The translations under genes and the position numbers were made by a program. The notes beneath the pieces are model-generated. The model saw only the letters and a program-made list of their open reading frames with translations, was not told the origin of the DNA and searched no databases. 62,254 bases of DNA from Candidatus Yanofskybacteria bacterium RIFCSPLOWO2_02_FULL_45_18 (GTDB lineage Bacteria; Patescibacteriota; Minisyncoccia; 2-02-FULL-40-12; GWA2-44-9): contig MGKV01000007.1 of assembly GCA_001795795.1 (NCBI GenBank), positions 14,553 through 76,806 on the forward strand, written 5' to 3'. Shown here in pieces: positions 17,031-26,155 of this stretch (the first letter of the stretch is position 1; every line of letters starts with the position of its first letter).

Positions 17031-19067
17031 ATGGATTACAATCTCATCGCATTTTTTGTATCAATCGGGGCGTTGGTTTTTGCCGGTTTTCTAGCGCGCT
17101 GGGTTTTGCGGCAGGGTCAGGGAACGCCGGCGATGCAGGAAGTTGCTGGCATTATCCGTGAGGGCTCTAACGCCTTTGTTAAGCGCCAATACAAGACCAT
17201 TGCTTTAATCAGCTTGGCGTTGGCGGCGGTTCTGCTTTTGGTTTACGGGTTATCCGGCCAATGGATTCACGGCTGGCAAACGGCGGGCGCGTTCATCTTT
17301 GGCGCGGCATCGTCGGCGGTGGCCGGTATTGTGGCGATGTTCGTATCGGTCAGAGCCAATATCCGCACGGCTGGCGCCTCCCAGCACGGTCTGCCATCGG
17401 CTATGCGGGTGGCCTTTCGCGGCGGCGCCGTGTCGGGCATTATTATCGTTTCCATGAGCTTGCTGGGAATCAGTATTCTCTTTTTGATATATAACTGGCT
17501 GGGATATGATATTAAGGAAGTCCCCGGCCTGATTGTCGGTTACGGCTTCGGCGCTTCTCTGGTGGCTTTATTCGCCCAGCTGGGCGGCGGTATCTACACC
17601 AAAGCGGCGGATGTCGGCGCCGACTTGGTCGGCAAGATTGAAGCTGGCATTCCCGAAGACGATCCTCGCAATCCGGCGGTTATTGCCGATTTGGTGGGCG
17701 ACAATGTCGGCGACTGCGCGGGACGCGGCGCGGACCTTTTTGAATCAACGGCGGCCGAGAATATCGGAGCGATGATACTGGGCGTGGCGCTTTACTCCCA
17801 CTTCGGCATCAAGGGGATAATGTTCCCGCTGGTGTTGAGGGCGTTTGGTCTGGCGGCAACGGTTATCGGTATTTTCAGCGCCAGTTCCAAGCATAACGAG
17901 AATCCGATGAAAAGCTTGAACCGAGGTTATTGGGTTACCAGCGCTCTGGCGGCGGTTGCCTTCTATTTCATCACTAAAAATATGCTGGGCAATATGTGGT
18001 TCTTTCTGGCCGGTATCGTGGGTCTTTTTACTTCCGTTATTTTTGTATATATCGCCCAATACTATACCGAATCGCGCTATCGGCCAGTGAAAGAGATTGC
18101 CAAGGCATCTACCACCGGCCATGGCACCAATGTTATCGCCGGTTACGCGGTGGGCCTTGAATCAACCGGCTTGACGATAATTACGATTGCGGGCGCCCTG
18201 CTTCTTTCGTTCTGGATTGGCGTGAAAAGTGGCATTCCCAACGGCGGACTTTACGGCACGGCGGTGGCAACGATGGGTATGCTGGCAACGGCGGCTTATG
18301 TTCTGGCAATGGATGTGTTTGGCCCGATCACCGATAACGCCGGCGGCATTGTGGAGATGTCGCATTCGTCGGAAGAGGTTCGCAAAACAACTGATGTGCT
18401 TGACGCGGCGGGTAATACGACCAAAGCATTGACCAAGGGCTATGCCATTGGTTCGGCGGCACTGGCGGCGTTTTTGCTGTTCTCGGCATATCTTGAGGAG
18501 GCGCGCATAACCTCGGTTGACTTGGCCAAAGTTCCGGTATTCGTCGGAGCGCTGATCGGCGGGATGCTGGTGTTTCTTTTCAGTTCTTTGGCTATCCGCG
18601 CTGTCGGCAAGGCGGCTTACTATATCATTAACGATGTGCGGGCGCAGTTCAAAGAAAAGCCGGGAATTATGGCCGGCACCGAAAAACCTGATTACGGGCG
18701 AGCGGTGGACATTACTACTCGTGGGGCCTTAAGAGAAATGGTTTTGCCGGGAGCTCTGGCGGTAGTAGTGCCGATTGCGGTGGGAATAACGCTGAAAGCC
18801 GAGGCGGAAGCGGGGTTTTTGATGGTTGGCACGATTGCCGGTATTTTGATGGCGACATTGATGAACAACGCCGGCGGAGCGTGGGACAATGCCAAAAAGT
18901 ATATTGAATCCGGCGTGTACGGCGGCAAGCGCAGTCCGGCGCATCAGGCGGCCGTTACCGGCGATACCGTCGGCGATCCGTTCAAGGACACCGCCGGCCC
19001 GTCCTTGCACGTGCTCATTAAGTTGTTAAGCACGCTGACATTGGCTTTGGCGGTATTGTTCAGGTAG
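17031..19067 (+). CDS. hppA: Membrane-bound proton/sodium-translocating pyrophosphatase
   Basis: GGIYTKAADVGADLVGK, DNVGDCAG and GDTVGDPFKDT motifs with about 16 TM helices. ATG at 17031 is preferred over the track TTG at 16998. Confidence 0.93.
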   Translation: MDYNLIAFFVSIGALVFAGFLARWVLRQGQGTPAMQEVAGIIREGSNAFVKRQYKTIALISLALAAVLLLVYGLSGQWIHGWQTAGAFIFGAASSAVAGIVAMFVSVRANIRTAGASQHGLPSAMRVAFRGGAVSGIIIVSMSLLGISILFLIYNWLGYDIKEVPGLIVGYGFGASLVALFAQLGGGIYTKAADVGADLVGKIEAGIPEDDPRNPAVIADLVGDNVGDCAGRGADLFESTAAENIGAMILGVALYSHFGIKGIMFPLVLRAFGLAATVIGIFSASSKHNENPMKSLNRGYWVTSALAAVAFYFITKNMLGNMWFFLAGIVGLFTSVIFVYIAQYYTESRYRPVKEIAKASTTGHGTNVIAGYAVGLESTGLTIITIAGALLLSFWIGVKSGIPNGGLYGTAVATMGMLATAAYVLAMDVFGPITDNAGGIVEMSHSSEEVRKTTDVLDAAGNTTKALTKGYAIGSAALAAFLLFSAYLEEARITSVDLAKVPVFVGALIGGMLVFLFSSLAIRAVGKAAYYIINDVRAQFKEKPGIMAGTEKPDYGRAVDITTRGALREMVLPGALAVVVPIAVGITLKAEAEAGFLMVGTIAGILMATLMNNAGGAWDNAKKYIESGVYGGKRSPAHQAAVTGDTVGDPFKDTAGPSLHVLIKLLSTLTLALAVLFR

Positions 19068-19133
19068 TTAAACTTTCTCGCAAAAAACCGCGGAGCCCCA
19101 AATTTTACGGATCTGACCGTGGTTTTTTTGTTG

Positions 19134-19212
19134 CCCCGTTAGAAGTCCGGCCTGCTTTTAAGCATGGCCGGCAGGCAATCTGCCTTCGGCAGGCGCATTA
19201 CTTCTAACGGGG
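19134..19212 (+). other. Three-way-junction structured element (closing stem CCCCGTTAGAAGT/ACTTCTAACGGGG)
   Basis: 13-bp closing stem enclosing two hairpins: CCGGCCTGC..GCATGGCCGG and CTGCC-TTCG-GGCAG. A related element lies at 43730..43812. Confidence 0.6.
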
Positions 19213-19249
19213 TTGTCCACAAACACCCCGTATTGCGTTTTTGCGGGAA

Positions 19250-19258
19250 TGGTATAAT
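19250..19258 (+). promoter_or_regulatory. Extended -10 promoter element TGGTATAAT
   Basis: TGnTATAAT about 20 nt upstream of the ATG at 19278. Confidence 0.5.
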
Positions 19259-19277
19259 GAGAGAGCGAATAAATTTT

Positions 19278-20018
19278 ATGGTGAAGGTTGCACAAATTAG
19301 GGACATAATGACGGCGAAGGTATTAACGGTAAAAGACACCGATACTTTAGATTACGTGGCCGGTCTTTTTGAAAAATACGACTATGACGGTTTGCCGGTA
19401 GTAGATTCGGGCGGAGTACTCAAGGGGATAATCACCGCCTATGATATGGTGGTGCAAAGTTCAGGTATGCACCTGCCGACGCTTTTCAACATCATGGACC
19501 AGATATCCGTTGATAAAGCCGACAAGGCGGCGCTAGAGGGGCACTTCAACAAATTAAAAACGGTTAAGGCCAGCGAAATTATGAACTCCAATCCCCTAAC
19601 CGTAAAGCCGGAAACTTTGGTTGAAGAAGCGGCTAAAGAGTTTGCCCAGCATCACAAAGTGAATCCTATTGTAGTGGTGGATGCCAACGGCAAACTGGCT
19701 GGCGTGGTCAGCCGTTATGACATTATCCGTTTTTTCAACGAAAAATATTTCAATCGTATTTTAGAAGCGACCGGCCACACGAATGTTTTGCAAGGCTTGG
19801 CGCGAGCCAATGTTGAGAAAGAAGTCCAGTCCACCGTAGGCGCGCTGGGCCAGTTTTTGCTGGTAGGTAAAATTCGTCCGCGCATCTGGAAGATCATAGC
19901 AATTTCCGCGTTTATCGCCGGATTTATCGGTTCAATGGCGCTAATTATCAGAATTGTCAAAAAATCCAGCCAAGAAGGTTATAATTACAAAGTAAAAATA
20001 GCCGAAAGGCTTTTATGA
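19278..20018 (+). CDS. CBS-pair domain protein with C-terminal TM helix
   Basis: Two CBS repeats (IMTAKVLTV..., IMNSNPLTV...). The start is moved to 19278 because 19164..19277 is occupied by the structured element and the promoter. Confidence 0.75.
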   Translation: MVKVAQIRDIMTAKVLTVKDTDTLDYVAGLFEKYDYDGLPVVDSGGVLKGIITAYDMVVQSSGMHLPTLFNIMDQISVDKADKAALEGHFNKLKTVKASEIMNSNPLTVKPETLVEEAAKEFAQHHKVNPIVVVDANGKLAGVVSRYDIIRFFNEKYFNRILEATGHTNVLQGLARANVEKEVQSTVGALGQFLLVGKIRPRIWKIIAISAFIAGFIGSMALIIRIVKKSSQEGYNYKVKIAERLL

Positions 20019-20031
20019 AGGGAGGTGCGTA

Positions 20032-20715
20032 ATGGAAGATAAAGTTTTGGCATCGGACATAGTTAGGACATCATTGATTACGCTGTGGAGCAATGTAGCG
20101 GCTTTTTTACCGCGGCTCATCGCGGCCATCGTGGTATTTATCATCGGATGGTTAATAGCCATGCTTTTGGCTAAAGTAGCGTATCATTTGGTCAAGGTCC
20201 TGCGTCTTGATAACGCTTTGACCAAAGTTGGTTTCAGGCGCGCGGTGGAGAAAAGCGGCTTAAATTTGGATAGTCCCAAGTTTTTCTACGAACTGGTCAA
20301 GTGGTTCTTCATGATAGTATTCTTGATGGCGGCGACTAACATTCTGGGCCTTTCCGAGGTTACGGTGTTTCTACAAAAAATCGTCCTTTATATCCCCAAT
20401 GTGATAGTGGCGGCGGCGGTGTTACTAATCGGTATTTTGCTGGCCAATTTCCTGGAAGGATTTGTGGTTGCGTCAGTAAAAGCGGCTGGTTTGGCATCAG
20501 CCAATCTTTTGGGGCTGTTAACCAAGTGGGCGGTATTCATTTTTTCACTTCTAGTGGCCTTGAGCCAGCTGAATGTGGCAGATTATATCATTAACACCCT
20601 GATCACCGGATTTGTTGCCGCGACCGCTTTGGCGTTAGGATTGTCATTCGGTCTTGGCGGAGCCAAGCATGCCGATGAAATGATAGGCCAGCTTAAGAAG
20701 AAAATAGGGGAATAG
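20032..20715 (+). CDS. Membrane protein with repeated conserved TM-helix motif (MscS-N-terminal-like)
   Basis: 227-aa ORF with GGGAGG upstream and four to five helices with internal repetition. Confidence 0.65.
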   Translation: MEDKVLASDIVRTSLITLWSNVAAFLPRLIAAIVVFIIGWLIAMLLAKVAYHLVKVLRLDNALTKVGFRRAVEKSGLNLDSPKFFYELVKWFFMIVFLMAATNILGLSEVTVFLQKIVLYIPNVIVAAAVLLIGILLANFLEGFVVASVKAAGLASANLLGLLTKWAVFIFSLLVALSQLNVADYIINTLITGFVAATALALGLSFGLGGAKHADEMIGQLKKKIGE

Positions 20716-20722
20716 ATATTTC

Positions 20723-20758
20723 AATCAAAAACATCCGCCGCGGCGGATGTTTTTGATT
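20723..20758. terminator. Bidirectional terminator palindrome
   Basis: AATCAAAAACATCCGCCG-CGGCGGATGTTTTTGATT between convergent genes. Confidence 0.8.
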
Positions 20759-20769
20759 CTAACTGATGT

Positions 20770-21339
20770 TTAGAGTCGGACGGTTTCCAACAATCTTTCG
20801 TAGATTTCTTTGAACAGGCGCGATATGGCTTCGGTTTCTTTCTTGGTAAATTTGGATAGCACAAAATCCCGCACGAGAATATTCCGCTTTGCATCCGACA
20901 GTGAACGAGCTTTTTTAAGCGTGGAGTTGGCAAGGCCGATGCGGATTCTGTAAAATTCTTTGCTTTTGACCGCTTTCATTACCGACCCCACTCCTTTGTG
21001 ACCGCCGGAACTTTTGCCAAAAGAAATTTTAAAATAACCGAAAGGGATATCCAAATCATCGTGAATCAAAATTAAATCAGTCGGCTTGATCTTCAGGAAA
21101 GTTTTAATCTTGGCGGCTGATTCCCCGCTTTTGTTTACGTAAGTATGCGGTTTGGCCAGCAAGACAGCGACTTTGTCTATTTTGCCCTTAACAGCTGAAG
21201 CATTAAATTTTTTCTCAAATTCAAAATCCGGACTGTCAATTTTTTTAGCCAGATAATCCAAGAATTGAAAACCGATATTATGTCGCGTATTTTGATATTC
21301 CGGGTCGGGATTGCCCAGACCAATGATGAGTTTGATCAT
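20770..21339 (-). CDS. pth: Peptidyl-tRNA hydrolase
   Basis: MIKLIIGLGNPD..YQNTRHNIGF N-terminus. The start is taken at the internal ATG (21339), not the track start 21390. Confidence 0.9.
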   Translation of the reverse strand: MIKLIIGLGNPDPEYQNTRHNIGFQFLDYLAKKIDSPDFEFEKKFNASAVKGKIDKVAVLLAKPHTYVNKSGESAAKIKTFLKIKPTDLILIHDDLDIPFGYFKISFGKSSGGHKGVGSVMKAVKSKEFYRIRIGLANSTLKKARSLSDAKRNILVRDFVLSKFTKKETEAISRLFKEIYERLLETVRL

Positions 21340-21441
21340 GAGGTAAGTATAAAGTAGCAAGTATAAAGTAGCAAGCGGCACAAAGAGCAAACTACATATT
21401 GAAGTAACGCCGATTTTGTGATATCCTAAAAATAATCTTTT

Positions 21442-22053
21442 ATGGACAATAGCATTAATCAGGAGCCAAAAAATAATATCTGGGGTTTGAATTTGCGCCG
21501 CGATGTCGCTTTATTTGTTTGGGAAACGGTTAAAATCATCCTAATCTCGCTTGCAATAATTCTGCCGATAAGGTATTATCTAGTCCAACCGTTTTTTGTC
21601 AAGGGCCAGTCAATGGAGGATAATTTTCAAGATGGCGACTATCTAGTGGTTGATGAAATAGGCTACCGACTGCATTCCCCTAAAAGGGGGGATGTGGTAA
21701 TTTTCCACTATCCCGGAGACCCCAGCCAATTTTATATTAAACGGATTATCGGTTTGCCCGGTGAAACGGTGAAAATAGAGAATAATCAGGTGGTTATTTA
21801 TAACGAACAGTATAAGGAGGGGTTGATTTTAAAAGAAGATTACTTAGCCGATTATCAACGCACGGATCATGGTTTGAGAATGCAAGTTGGCGCAAACGAA
21901 TTCTTTGTTCTGGGCGATAACAGGCTTCAAAGTTCCGATTCAAGATATTGGGGAGCGGTGCCCAAAAAACTCATTGTGGGCAGAGCACTGCTTCGCCTTT
22001 GGCCGTTAGACAAGATTATTAAGGTGCCGGGCGTAAATTATATATCCAACTAA
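21442..22053 (+). CDS. lepB: Signal peptidase I
   Basis: GQSMEDNF (Ser box), KRIIGLPGE (Lys box) and GDNRLQSSDSRYWG. Confidence 0.9.
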   Translation: MDNSINQEPKNNIWGLNLRRDVALFVWETVKIILISLAIILPIRYYLVQPFFVKGQSMEDNFQDGDYLVVDEIGYRLHSPKRGDVVIFHYPGDPSQFYIKRIIGLPGETVKIENNQVVIYNEQYKEGLILKEDYLADYQRTDHGLRMQVGANEFFVLGDNRLQSSDSRYWGAVPKKLIVGRALLRLWPLDKIIKVPGVNYISN

Positions 22054-22070
22054 TAGAGCTCTCGCCGAAC

Positions 22071-23357
22071 ATGGGCCGAACAAAAAAATCCAAAATTTTT
22101 CAGGCGCAGCGCGGTATGCACGATATTCTGCCGGAGGGGCAGAAATATTGGCATTATGTTTTGAAAAAAGCTGAATCCCTGATCGAAGATTATGGTTTTG
22201 AAAAAATAGAAACCCCCATTCTTGAATCTACCGGCCTTTTTTTGCGCGGGACGGGGGAGACCACTGATATCGTTGAAAAAGAAATGTACAGTTTTATGGC
22301 CAAGGGCGGCGACGACCTGACCCTGCGTCCGGAAAACACGCCGGGCGTTGTCAGGGCGTATCTTGAAAATGGCATGTCAGTTAGGCCTCACCCGATCAAA
22401 CTCTATTATTTTGGCCCGATGTTCCGTCACGACAAGCCCCAACAGGGCCGTTATCGGCAATTTTACCAGCTTGGGCTTGAAACGCTGGGCGATGACTCCC
22501 AAGCCGCCGATGCGGAGCTTATTTTTATCGGCCACAAACTTCTGGAGAGCTTTGGCCTTAAAAATCACAGCGTCCAGATTAACTCAATCGGCGACCAAAA
22601 TTGCCGCCCCGCCTATGTGAGAGCTTTACGGGACTATTACAAGATACAACTGAAAAAAGTTTGCGTTGATTGTCGCAACCGTTTTAAGAAAAATGTTTTG
22701 CGCATGCTGGACTGCAAAGAGGAGGGATGCCAGGGTATCAAAAAAGACGCGCCACAGATGATGGATTTTTTGGATGATGACTGCAAAGCTCATTTCAAAC
22801 ACGTCCTTGAATTTCTTGATGAGGCCAGAGTTCCTTATATGCTCAACCCCCATTTGGTAAGAGGTCTAGATTATTATACTCGCACAGTTTTTGAATTTAC
22901 TCCTGACGATAACCCCAGCGATGCTATCATTGCGGGCGGGCGCTATGACCGTTTGGTGGATCTTTTGGGGGGGCGCAAAACGCCGGCCACCGGCTGGGCG
23001 ATGGGTGTTGAGAGAGTCATTCTGGCAATTAAAGACAAAAATATAAATGTTCCCGAAGCGCAGTCCAAACCCAAGGTTTTCTTGGTACAACTGGGCGATG
23101 CCGCCAAGCGTAAAAGCCTCCTTTTGTTTGAAAGTTTGCGGGAGGCGGGAATTGATACCAAATCCTCAATTTCCCGGGACAGCATTAAGTCACAGTTGAG
23201 GATTGCTCACCGTCTAGGTGTGCGCTTCTCGCTTATTTTCGGCCAGAAAGAAGCTATTGATGGCACGGTGATTTTGAAAGAGATGGATACTGGAATTCAG
23301 GAAACGATTCCGCTGGAGAAGATAGTGGAGGAGATAAAAAAACGATTGAAGAAATGA
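22071..23357 (+). CDS. hisS: Histidine--tRNA ligase
   Basis: Class II motifs LRPE.T, YYFGPMFRHDKPQ.GRYRQF and GGRYD.L. Confidence 0.93.
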   Translation: MGRTKKSKIFQAQRGMHDILPEGQKYWHYVLKKAESLIEDYGFEKIETPILESTGLFLRGTGETTDIVEKEMYSFMAKGGDDLTLRPENTPGVVRAYLENGMSVRPHPIKLYYFGPMFRHDKPQQGRYRQFYQLGLETLGDDSQAADAELIFIGHKLLESFGLKNHSVQINSIGDQNCRPAYVRALRDYYKIQLKKVCVDCRNRFKKNVLRMLDCKEEGCQGIKKDAPQMMDFLDDDCKAHFKHVLEFLDEARVPYMLNPHLVRGLDYYTRTVFEFTPDDNPSDAIIAGGRYDRLVDLLGGRKTPATGWAMGVERVILAIKDKNINVPEAQSKPKVFLVQLGDAAKRKSLLLFESLREAGIDTKSSISRDSIKSQLRIAHRLGVRFSLIFGQKEAIDGTVILKEMDTGIQETIPLEKIVEEIKKRLKK

Positions 23358-23701
23358 TCTCGGATGTTTTCTGCAAAATCATAAACGGCGAACTGCCGGC
23401 GGAGAGAGTTTTTGAAGATGACGATTATCTAGTGGTTAAAGACATAAATCCGGTTGCGCCAGTGCATTGGCTGATTATGCCCAAAAAGCATTTTGAAAAG
23501 CTAGACGATTTTGGCAAAAAGGATGTGGAACTTTTAGGCGGGGCGTTGCGGTTAGCCGATAAGCTGGCGCATGAACGGGGCCTGTTGAAAGGTTACCGGC
23601 TGATAATCAACGAAGGCGAGGATGGGGGCAAACTGGTGCCGCATTTGCACATACACTTGCTGGGAGGGAAACGTTTGGGACAAAAGATCGTCCAAGACTA
23701 A
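23354..23701 (+). CDS. HIT-family nucleotide hydrolase/transferase
   Basis: The histidine triad HLHIHLLGG. ATGA overlap with hisS. Confidence 0.88.
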   Translation: MISDVFCKIINGELPAERVFEDDDYLVVKDINPVAPVHWLIMPKKHFEKLDDFGKKDVELLGGALRLADKLAHERGLLKGYRLIINEGEDGGKLVPHLHIHLLGGKRLGQKIVQD

Positions 23702-23771
23702 ATTGGAAATTGATAATTATCGACTGACCCGCCTTCGCCAAGGCTTCGGCGGGCAAGGAAGGAGGATTTAT

Positions 23772-24038
23772 ATGGTAGAAGTCCGTAGAAAACAAAATGA
23801 ATCCATCGGTGGCTTGATGCGCCGTTTCAACCGCTTGGTCCAATCAAGCGGAGTTTTGCTTAAGGCCAAAAAGTCGCGGTTTCATCAGAAAAAAAAGAAC
23901 GAGCGTAAAGAGAAAAATGCGGCCATTATGGGCATGCATTTGTCCGCCTTACGCAAACATCTTGAAAAGCTTGGCAAATACGACGACGAAACGTTTGAGG
24001 AAGAGAAGCGTAAAATGAAGCAGGAACTGGGGCTATAG
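23772..24038 (+). CDS. rpsU: 30S ribosomal protein S21
   Basis: MVEVRRKQNESIGGLMRRFNRLVQSSGVLLKAKKSRF matches the bS21 pattern. GGAGG sits 6 nt upstream. This is the internal start of track ORF 23622..24038. Confidence 0.85.
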   Translation: MVEVRRKQNESIGGLMRRFNRLVQSSGVLLKAKKSRFHQKKKNERKEKNAAIMGMHLSALRKHLEKLGKYDDETFEEEKRKMKQELGL

Positions 24039-24066
24039 AAATTTACATTTTCCATTTTCCAATTCC

Positions 24067-24098
24067 CAATGAATTCTCAATGTAACATTGGCTCATTG
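24067..24098 (+). repeat. CAATG-hairpin spacer element, copy 2
   Basis: CAATGAATTCTCAATGTAACATTGGCTCATTG. Confidence 0.75.
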
Positions 24099-24130
24099 TA
24101 AAATTGAATGGGAATTGATAATTGGTAATT

Positions 24131-24619
24131 ATGCTCAAAAACCAACTCAAGGAAGACGTGAAGATCGCCATGAAATCGGGCGATACGGTGATGCGAGGGA
24201 CGATTGCCATGTTAAACGCGGTGATTAAAAACCGCGAACTTGAAAAACGCGGTAAACTTATGAAAGCGGGCGGCGATGCCGCGACCGTTGAATCCGAGAG
24301 CCAGCTTAATGACGAGGAGGTCGTCGAAGTTATTTCTTCGGAAATTAAGAAAAGGAAGGAAGCGATGGAAACATTCAAAGTTGGAGGACGGCCCGAACTT
24401 GCCGAAAACGAGCAAAAAGAGCTTGCCGTTTTGATGCGTTATATGCCCGAACAGATGTCGGAAGACCAAATCCGCGAGGAAGTGAAGAAGGTTATCGTTG
24501 AGACAGGTGTGACTATCAAAGAAATGGGCAAGGCCATCGGCGCGGTAATGGCCAAATTAAAAGGTAAAGCCGACGGCACAGTCGTCTCGCGTATTGTCAA
24601 AGAAGAATTGTCAAAGTAG
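24131..24619 (+). CDS. yqeY: GatB/YqeY domain protein
   Basis: MLKNQLKEDVKIAMKSGD N-terminus and a C-terminal GKADG..VS..VKE pattern. Confidence 0.85.
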   Translation: MLKNQLKEDVKIAMKSGDTVMRGTIAMLNAVIKNRELEKRGKLMKAGGDAATVESESQLNDEEVVEVISSEIKKRKEAMETFKVGGRPELAENEQKELAVLMRYMPEQMSEDQIREEVKKVIVETGVTIKEMGKAIGAVMAKLKGKADGTVVSRIVKEELSK

Positions 24620-24630
24620 AACACTCCAGC

Positions 24631-24677
24631 AAAAAAGGCGGTGTCCTTGAAGAAATAAAGGACTAACCGCCTTTTTT
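24631..24677. terminator. Bidirectional terminator
   Basis: AAAAAAGGCGGT...ACCGCCTTTTTT with an inner GTCCTT..AAGGAC stem. Confidence 0.8.
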
Positions 24678-24687
24678 GTCTTTCAGA

Positions 24688-24796
24688 TTTGGCCGATTTC
24701 TTTGTCGCCAGCTCCAGGCCTCATTCACCGTACAGTCAGTACGGCTCATTTCGGGCTTCGCTTTCTCCTCGAACTCGGCCAACCTGGAGAGTTTTA
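24688..24796. repeat. ~110-nt cassette leader motif, copy A
   Basis: Shares ordered anchors and spacing with 57520..57627: TTTGG, TTCT, CCGTAC-N-AGTAC, TCGA, CTGG(A/G)GAGTTTTA. Confidence 0.55.
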
Positions 24797-24879
24797 TCTT
24801 ATAAATAATGACATCACAACTCTTATTTAGCGTTTAGCGAAAGGCGCTTTTTGTATGTATCTACAAATATGAATATATT

Positions 24880-24888
24880 TGGTATAAT
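24880..24888 (+). promoter_or_regulatory. Extended -10 promoter TGGTATAAT
   Basis: TGnTATAAT about 100 nt upstream of the SD-led ORF at 24992. Confidence 0.5.
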
Positions 24889-24991
24889 CATATATAGTTA
24901 GCATGGAGACTAACTTTAGTCTTCAGGCATTTTGAAAAAACATTGATTCGCTATCCCTTTTGGGGATAGCGCTCACTAAGGAGGTAAACTT

Positions 24992-25267
24992 ATGAGCAAA
25001 GATAGTGGTTCTTTTGGGCAAGCTGGCCACTTGTTGACATTGGTGGATCAGCCGCAACTTTCAACCGAGCAAATCCAGATCCTTGAAGGTAGCGGACATT
25101 TCACAGACCTGCTGCGAGCAATCAAGTTAGGAATCCTTTCAGAAAGGGAGACTGCTCAAAGAAGTCAACGAAATCGGTGTAGTTCTCGGATAGCAAATCG
25201 TGCTTCTGATATGTTTTCAGAACGAAATGACCGCGAAGCCCGTCAAAGGGAGGAAATATGTCTTTAG
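24992..25267 (+). CDS. Hypothetical small protein (cassette A, ORF1)
   Basis: 91-aa ORF with AAGGAGG 7 nt upstream and an Arg/Glu-rich tail. Could instead be the 5' part of a frameshifted gene. Confidence 0.45.
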   Translation: MSKDSGSFGQAGHLLTLVDQPQLSTEQIQILEGSGHFTDLLRAIKLGILSERETAQRSQRNRCSSRIANRASDMFSERNDREARQREEICL

Positions 25268-25485
25268 TGATGAGCACACCGCATGAGTCGGTCGGCTGGC
25301 TGGGGAGTTATGGAACACAGGTTGTGATATATGAGTGTGATGCTTCCAATCACACTTGCCATCGTCAGATCTCCGAATTCCTCAAATGTGAGTTTAAAGA
25401 AGGCCAGTCAGACGAAAAAAGCAGTATTATTAAATATAAGCGTCCGGTCAGAGGTTATCCGGAACGCCTCGCTGACAAGACTTGA
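25258..25485 (+). CDS. Hypothetical small Cys/His-containing protein (cassette A, ORF2)
   Basis: 75-aa ORF. Its ATG overlaps the ORF1 stop by 10 nt, with GGGAGGA upstream. Weak resemblance to the C-terminal module of the 57851 ORF. Confidence 0.45.
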   Translation: MSLVMSTPHESVGWLGSYGTQVVIYECDASNHTCHRQISEFLKCEFKEGQSDEKSSIIKYKRPVRGYPERLADKT

Positions 25486-25514
25486 GAAATCACGCGATTT
25501 TTCAAGTCTTTTTT
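25479..25514 (+). terminator. Rho-independent terminator
   Basis: GACTTGAGAAATC-ACGC-GATTTTTCAAGTC followed by T6. Confidence 0.8.
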
Positions 25515-25564
25515 ATTTTGATAAGATATCCGTAGTCAAATTAATTTCTAATTCTTAACTTCTA

Positions 25565-26056
25565 ATGGCTAACATTGATTTAGTTTTCCGCAACAAAATC
25601 GAAGATAAAAGGTGGGAGCAGGACTTTTTTGAGAAAATTATTAAGACCGCTCTAGCGGTTTTGAAGCGACCAGTGGCCAGCGACCAGCGACAAGTTTATT
25701 TGAGTATAAATTTAATAGATGAAGCCGAGATTCGGAAGCTCAATAAAAAATATCGTGGCAAAAACAAACCGACAGATGTGCTTTCCTTTGGGATGGAGGA
25801 TAATTTAAGGAAATCCCTCGACAAGCTCGGGATGAATAAATCCCCAATTGATCTTGGGGATTTATTCATATGCTTATCCATTGCCAAAAAGGAGGCAAAG
25901 GAGGAAAATATAAGCATGGAGCGTAAGCTCGCGTGGTTAACCGTCCACGGATTTTTGCATTTGGTTGGCTACGATCACGAGGGGTCTAAATGCGATGCCA
26001 CAAAGATGGTTACATTGGAAAAAAAGGTTTTGAAAGCACTTGAGGTTGAAATGTAA
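25565..26056 (+). CDS. ybeY: rRNA maturation endoribonuclease YbeY
   Basis: HGFLHLVGYDHE zinc-binding motif. Confidence 0.9.
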   Translation: MANIDLVFRNKIEDKRWEQDFFEKIIKTALAVLKRPVASDQRQVYLSINLIDEAEIRKLNKKYRGKNKPTDVLSFGMEDNLRKSLDKLGMNKSPIDLGDLFICLSIAKKEAKEENISMERKLAWLTVHGFLHLVGYDHEGSKCDATKMVTLEKKVLKALEVEM

Positions 26057-26155
26057 AATTGAAATATCAAAATGCAAAATTCAGGTTATTCAAAATTGGA
26101 AGCCAATTTTGAATTTCAATAATTTTTATTTTTGATTTTTAAATTTTAAATTTGT

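Noticed and set aside
19164-19277. The upstream start (19164) given for the CBS-domain ORF.
   Set aside because: That segment is occupied by a 79-nt structured element and a TGGTATAAT promoter. The CBS domain begins right after the ATG at 19278.
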